Source: an uncultured Candidatus Peribacteria bacterium (GTDB taxonomy: Bacteria; Patescibacteriota; Gracilibacteria; Peribacterales; Peribacteraceae). From it: DNA of 64,000 bases. Where the stretch lies: contig CAZXKA010000002.1 of the NCBI GenBank assembly GCA_964641555.1, positions 10,033 to 74,032 on the forward strand, in the 5' to 3' direction. A program made the translations under genes and the position numbers. Positions 60,637 through 64,000 of this stretch are shown here, piece by piece (the first letter of the stretch is position 1; every line of letters starts with the position of its first letter). The notes beneath the pieces are model-generated. The model did no database searches. It was not told where the DNA came from and worked only from the letters and a program-made list of their open reading frames with translations.

Positions 60637-61317
60637 CTACGCTTTCGCCCACCGGATCTTCCACATCTTCATCACTCCTTTCCACGCGTCGCTGAAGCGG
60701 ATTTTCTTTCCTTCGGCGAGGGTGCGGGGCTTGTAGCTGATCGGGAGTTCGCGGATGGGGATGCCGCGCTTGAGGCACTTGGCCGAGATCTCGGCTTCGA
60801 GCTCGAACCCGCGGCTGGTGAGATTCAGCGATCGGAACAGCGGCGTCGGGAGCAATTTGTAGCAGGTGTAGCTGTCGGTGATGCGCGCGAAAAAGAGGAC
60901 GCTCAGCACGCCGCTCAGTACCTTGTTGCCCCACAGGAACCGTCGGTAGATCGTCGGGTTCTCGCGCAGGAACCGCGAACCGAAGATCGCGCTGCCGGGA
61001 TGCGCCTCGGCCTCGCGAAGGAGCACGGCAATCTCGGAAGGATCGTATTCGAGATCGGCGTCCTGGATGACCGTGTAGTCGCCATCGGCCTTCGTTAACC
61101 CTTCGCGGATGGCGGAGCCCTTGCCTCCGTTCGGCTTCGTGAGGACCATATCTTGCGACCGCGCATGTGCCTTCAGAATCGAGAGCGAATCGTCTTTCGA
61201 GCCGTCATCGACGTAGATGATCTGCGCGTCGCCGCAGCGCTCGTTCAGCGCGTCCATGATCTCCTTCACGGTGCGGCCCTCGTTGTAGACCGGAACGATG
61301 ATGGTCAGTTTCGTCAT
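60637..61317 (-). CDS. GT2 glycosyltransferase, polyprenyl-phosphate sugar synthase-like
   Basis: ORF trimmed to ATG 61317. LTIIVPVYNEGRTV..YVDDGSKDDS..IQDADLEYDP. ATGA overlap with the upstream membrane protein gene. Confidence 0.85.
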   Translation of the reverse strand: MTKLTIIVPVYNEGRTVKEIMDALNERCGDAQIIYVDDGSKDDSLSILKAHARSQDMVLTKPNGGKGSAIREGLTKADGDYTVIQDADLEYDPSEIAVLLREAEAHPGSAIFGSRFLRENPTIYRRFLWGNKVLSGVLSVLFFARITDSYTCYKLLPTPLFRSLNLTSRGFELEAEISAKCLKRGIPIRELPISYKPRTLAEGKKIRFSDAWKGVMKMWKIRWAKA

Positions 61318-62450
61318 GCGAGATGATATGGATGAATGTTCAAAGCCAGCGAAATGCCGACCGTGAGGCCGAGCAGGATTGTAGCAGAGAGAATGGCCTT
61401 TGTGGGCCAACTGTTCCGTGCGGCCAGCGCGACGACGGCGCACGGATACACCGGCGTGATGACGCGGCCGATCGAGGTGATGGATCCCCAAATGTGGTCG
61501 GCCATCGTGAGCATGAGGAGCGAAAACGCGAGCGCGCCGAGCGTCGGGAGCGAAAAATCCCTTCGCCGGACGACCTGCGTGAGTGTCCAGCCGAGCACCG
61601 GCAGGACGAAGAGTAGGAGCAGCGCGATCGACGAGAGCGTGTAGGCGTTGAAACCCTTTTGGCCGGAAACAATTTCCCAGACCGCGACGAGCGGCAGATC
61701 GCGCTTGTCGGCGCTCAGGAAGAACGGCCATTCGCCGAAGATCGAGAAGATGACCGAGTGCCACGCGGCGAAGACCGCGATTGGCAGCAGCATCCAGGCG
61801 GCATCGTGCCAACGCCGATGCAGCACGAACCAGGCCAGCGCGCCGACCGCGAACAAGACGTTCACCTCGCGCGCCAGAACCGCAAGGGATAGGAGGACCG
61901 CATCAAATAGTTGTAGCCGCGCCCCATCGCGGGCGCGGACGAGGAACATCGTCAAAAGCAGAATCGTCACCGGTTCCGCGAGCGAAAAATGGAGGCCGAG
62001 GAGCGCGGCCGGCGACAGCGCGAGCGCGAGCGCGGCGAGCGCGTTCCCGGTGCCGCGCATCACGACGTACGCGGTAGTGGCCAATGCGAGGAGATTGATG
62101 GCGAGGAACGTCCAGGGGAGCGTGACGTCGTTGCCGAGAGCGAACACTGCCGCGAGCACCGGAAGCAGCACGCGTTGGTAGGCGTACGATTTCGGTTCCA
62201 TCGTTGCCAATGCGTCGCGCCCTTCGGCCGAGAAGATCAGCGGTAGCTGCCGCGCAATACGATAATACAGAGCGCCGTCGTAGGACGGCACATCGAGGAC
62301 GACGAAACCCGGCGGCAGATCGTCGGTCGATTGGTCCGTGCCGTAGTGGAACAGTGCCGACGGATGTCCGCTGTAGGGGACGAGCGTCCAGGCCGTGATG
62401 CCGATCGTGCAGAGCATCGCCGCGCCAAGCGCGAGCCAGGAGGGCTTCAT
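61314..62450 (-). CDS. Polytopic membrane protein (378 aa), candidate glycopolymer-assembly or GT-C-like protein
   Basis: About 10 TM helices. It forms an operon with the GT2 gene and is divergent from HAD-UbiA. I did not recognise a family from the sequence. Confidence 0.6.
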   Translation of the reverse strand: MKPSWLALGAAMLCTIGITAWTLVPYSGHPSALFHYGTDQSTDDLPPGFVVLDVPSYDGALYYRIARQLPLIFSAEGRDALATMEPKSYAYQRVLLPVLAAVFALGNDVTLPWTFLAINLLALATTAYVVMRGTGNALAALALALSPAALLGLHFSLAEPVTILLLTMFLVRARDGARLQLFDAVLLSLAVLAREVNVLFAVGALAWFVLHRRWHDAAWMLLPIAVFAAWHSVIFSIFGEWPFFLSADKRDLPLVAVWEIVSGQKGFNAYTLSSIALLLLFVLPVLGWTLTQVVRRRDFSLPTLGALAFSLLMLTMADHIWGSITSIGRVITPVYPCAVVALAARNSWPTKAILSATILLGLTVGISLALNIHPYHLA

Positions 62451-62455
62451 GGATG

Positions 62456-62462
62456 TATCCTA
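62456..62462. promoter_or_regulatory. Overlapping opposite-strand -10 boxes in an 18 nt divergent spacer
   Basis: Plus strand: TATCCT 62456-62461, then 7 nt to GTG 62469. Minus strand: TAGGAT 62462-62457, then 6 nt to ATG 62450. Confidence 0.4.
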
Positions 62463-62468
62463 GCAGTC

Positions 62469-63878
62469 GTGTCCTCCCTGCCCATCGCCGTCGATCTGGA
62501 TGGAACGCTGACGCGCGCCAACAGCATCTGGGAGCAGGTCGTGCTGCTGCTGCGCACACGCCCGTGGATGATCGTCATGCTGCCGTTCTGGTTGATCAAA
62601 GGGCGACCGGCACTGAAAGCGCGTCTCGCTCGTGTGGCGCCGATCGAGCGGATCGCGTTGCCGTTCCACTCGCAGCTCGTCGAATATTTGAACGAACAAT
62701 CCGTGATCGGACGCGAGATCGTGCTCGTAACCGCCGCCGATCAAACAACGGCCACGCACGTGGCGTCGCTCTTCCCGTTCTTCCGTGAAGGGATCGGCAC
62801 GTCGAGTTCCGTGAACTTGGCGGGCGCGGCGAAGGGCGAGTACTTGGCGAAGCGCTACGGCGAGAAAGGCTTCGTCTACGCCGGGAACGAATTCCGCGAC
62901 GTGCGCGTGTGGGAGCGCGCCGGCGCGGCGATCGTCGTGAATCCGCACCCCGGACTCGAAAAGGCCGCCGCAACCGTGACGTCGATCGAGCGATCGTTCG
63001 AGGATCGTCCGCCGCGTATGCGAACCGTCGTTCGGTCGATGCGTCCCCATCAGTGGCTCAAAAACATTCTCGTCTTCGTACCCGTGTTTACCGCGCACCA
63101 ATTGGGGAATGCCGACGCGCTCTGGTCCGTCATCGTTGCGTTCGTATCGTTTTGCATGGCGGCATCGGGCGCGTACGTCTTGAACGATCTCCTCGATTTG
63201 CCGTCCGACCGCGCGCACGCGACGAAGCGCTCGCGCCCCTTCGCATCCGGCGATCTCCCGGTCGAATGGGGAGCGATCCTGATGCCGCTGCTCTTTATCG
63301 CCGCCGCGGTATTGTCGTCGATGCTGCCGGTCGCCGCGCGTTGGGTGCTGGCGGTGTACGTCGTCGCGACGCTCTTCTATTCCTTCGGTCTGAAGCGCGT
63401 ACCCGTCGTCGACGTGCTCGTGCTGGCGGGGCTCTACGCGCTGCGGATCGTGATGGGCCACGAGGCGACGGGCATCGACTACTCGATCTGGCTGACCGTC
63501 TTCGCGGTGTGCATGTTCCTCAGCTTGGCGCTCTTGAAGCGCTACTCAGAACTGCGCAACCGCACCAACGGCTACGCGCCCGGTCGCGGCTATCACGTCG
63601 ATCATCGCTCCGCCATCGCGGCCGCGGGCATCGCGAGCGGCGTCGTCTCGACGGGCGTCATCGTCGGATACGCCGCCAGCGCGCACGTCCGGGAATTCTA
63701 CGGCCAGCCGCAATTCATCACCATCCTCTGTCCGATTTTTCTGCTGTGGATCCTGCGTCTGTGGTGGCTGGGTTATCGCGGAGACATGCACGAAGACCCG
63801 GTGCTCTTTACGTTGCATGACCTGGCGAGCGCGCTCGTGGGGTGTGCGACGATCTTGGTGATGCTGCTGGCAAGATGA
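62469..63878 (+). CDS. HAD-like phosphatase domain fused to a UbiA-family prenyltransferase (decaprenyl-phosphate phosphoribosyltransferase-like)
   Basis: GTG start 62469, the only start-like codon before the domain. HAD motif I AVDLDGTL. UbiA Asp-rich motif YVLNDLLDLPSDRAH. Eight or more TM helices. Confidence 0.8.
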   Translation: MSSLPIAVDLDGTLTRANSIWEQVVLLLRTRPWMIVMLPFWLIKGRPALKARLARVAPIERIALPFHSQLVEYLNEQSVIGREIVLVTAADQTTATHVASLFPFFREGIGTSSSVNLAGAAKGEYLAKRYGEKGFVYAGNEFRDVRVWERAGAAIVVNPHPGLEKAAATVTSIERSFEDRPPRMRTVVRSMRPHQWLKNILVFVPVFTAHQLGNADALWSVIVAFVSFCMAASGAYVLNDLLDLPSDRAHATKRSRPFASGDLPVEWGAILMPLLFIAAAVLSSMLPVAARWVLAVYVVATLFYSFGLKRVPVVDVLVLAGLYALRIVMGHEATGIDYSIWLTVFAVCMFLSLALLKRYSELRNRTNGYAPGRGYHVDHRSAIAAAGIASGVVSTGVIVGYAASAHVREFYGQPQFITILCPIFLLWILRLWWLGYRGDMHEDPVLFTLHDLASALVGCATILVMLLAR

Positions 63879-64000
63879 ACATCGTCGGTCGCGCCCAAGA
63901 ATGGGCGCGCTGGCACCTTCGTTTCACAAGCATTACAGACTTTTATAGGTTCTTCCGCTCTTCACGAACGCCGCATCGTTCATCACCGATTTTAGATCGT
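63875..64000 (+). CDS. Hypothetical protein, first 42 codons only (runs off the window)
   Basis: ATGA overlap with the HAD-UbiA stop. MNIVGRAQEWARWHLRFTSITDFYRFF.. stays open to the window edge. Too short to classify. Confidence 0.3.
   Translation, partial: MNIVGRAQEWARWHLRFTSITDFYRFFRSSRTPHRSSPILDR

Noticed and set aside
1-64000. An alternative genetic code (UGA recoding), as seen in some candidate-phyla bacteria.
   Set aside because: Well-recognised genes (pheT, sufS, the rfbG and wecB junctions) terminate at TGA exactly where homolog length is expected. ATGA start/stop overlaps are used repeatedly, so the standard code 11 fits.
1-64000. Prophage, integrative element, defence system or toxin-antitoxin content.
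   Set aside because: I saw no integrase, recombinase, transposase, phage structural, restriction-modification, cas, or small paired toxin/antitoxin ORFs. The two tRNA genes are not flanked by direct repeats that I could see.
63875-64000. Calling the edge ORF a DprE1-like FAD oxidoreductase to complete the polyprenyl-phosphoribose pathway.
   Set aside because: Only 42 codons are available and they show no FAD-binding or other diagnostic motif. The idea is purely contextual.

Overview
This is a GC-rich, very compact bacterial segment. Both strands are densely coded, many genes have 1-8 nt start/stop overlaps, and several convergent gene pairs abut or overlap. About the first 15 kb is housekeeping: an RNase HI-domain gene open at the left edge, S41 and M16 peptidases, ndk, a PduO-type adenosyltransferase, pheT, rpmB, an ArfB-like rescue factor, tRNA-Ser(GGA), an M50 protease, eno, tRNA-Thr(GGU) and sufU-sufS. 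From about 15.4 kb to the right edge there is an almost uninterrupted cell-surface glycan super-cluster of about 48 kb. By my count it holds 15 Leloir-type glycosyltransferases (8 GT4-like, 7 GT2-like), 8 large polytopic membrane proteins (GT-C or polymerase-like; 10346-11767 lies just left of the cluster), and a Wzx-like flippase. It also holds a CDP-hexose module (rfbF-rfbG-RmlC-like), a WbpB/E/D-like 3-acetamido-sugar trio, wecB, three SDR epimerases, a GalE-like/glf/GT2 galactofuranose module, a HAD-UbiA fusion, three SAM methyltransferases and two AsnB-type amidotransferases. I saw no rRNA, CRISPR array, transposase, integrase or transcription-factor gene. The most interesting signals are non-coding. 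(1) An orphan structured RNA of about 255 nt on the minus strand (39.1-39.4 kb) has a near-consensus promoter and an intrinsic terminator, and I could not assign it to a known class. (2) Two families of short purine/pyrimidine-asymmetric inverted repeats occur (AGAAGCAGA/TCTGCTTCT-type and GAGACC/GGTCTC-type), mostly at gene boundaries, with copies inside ORFs. (3) Promoters are pervasively leaderless: a TAnnnT box sits 6-10 nt before the start codon and there is no Shine-Dalgarno. The one clear exception is an SD-bearing Nudix-like cassette. All protein family calls come from motif recognition by eye; no searches were run.
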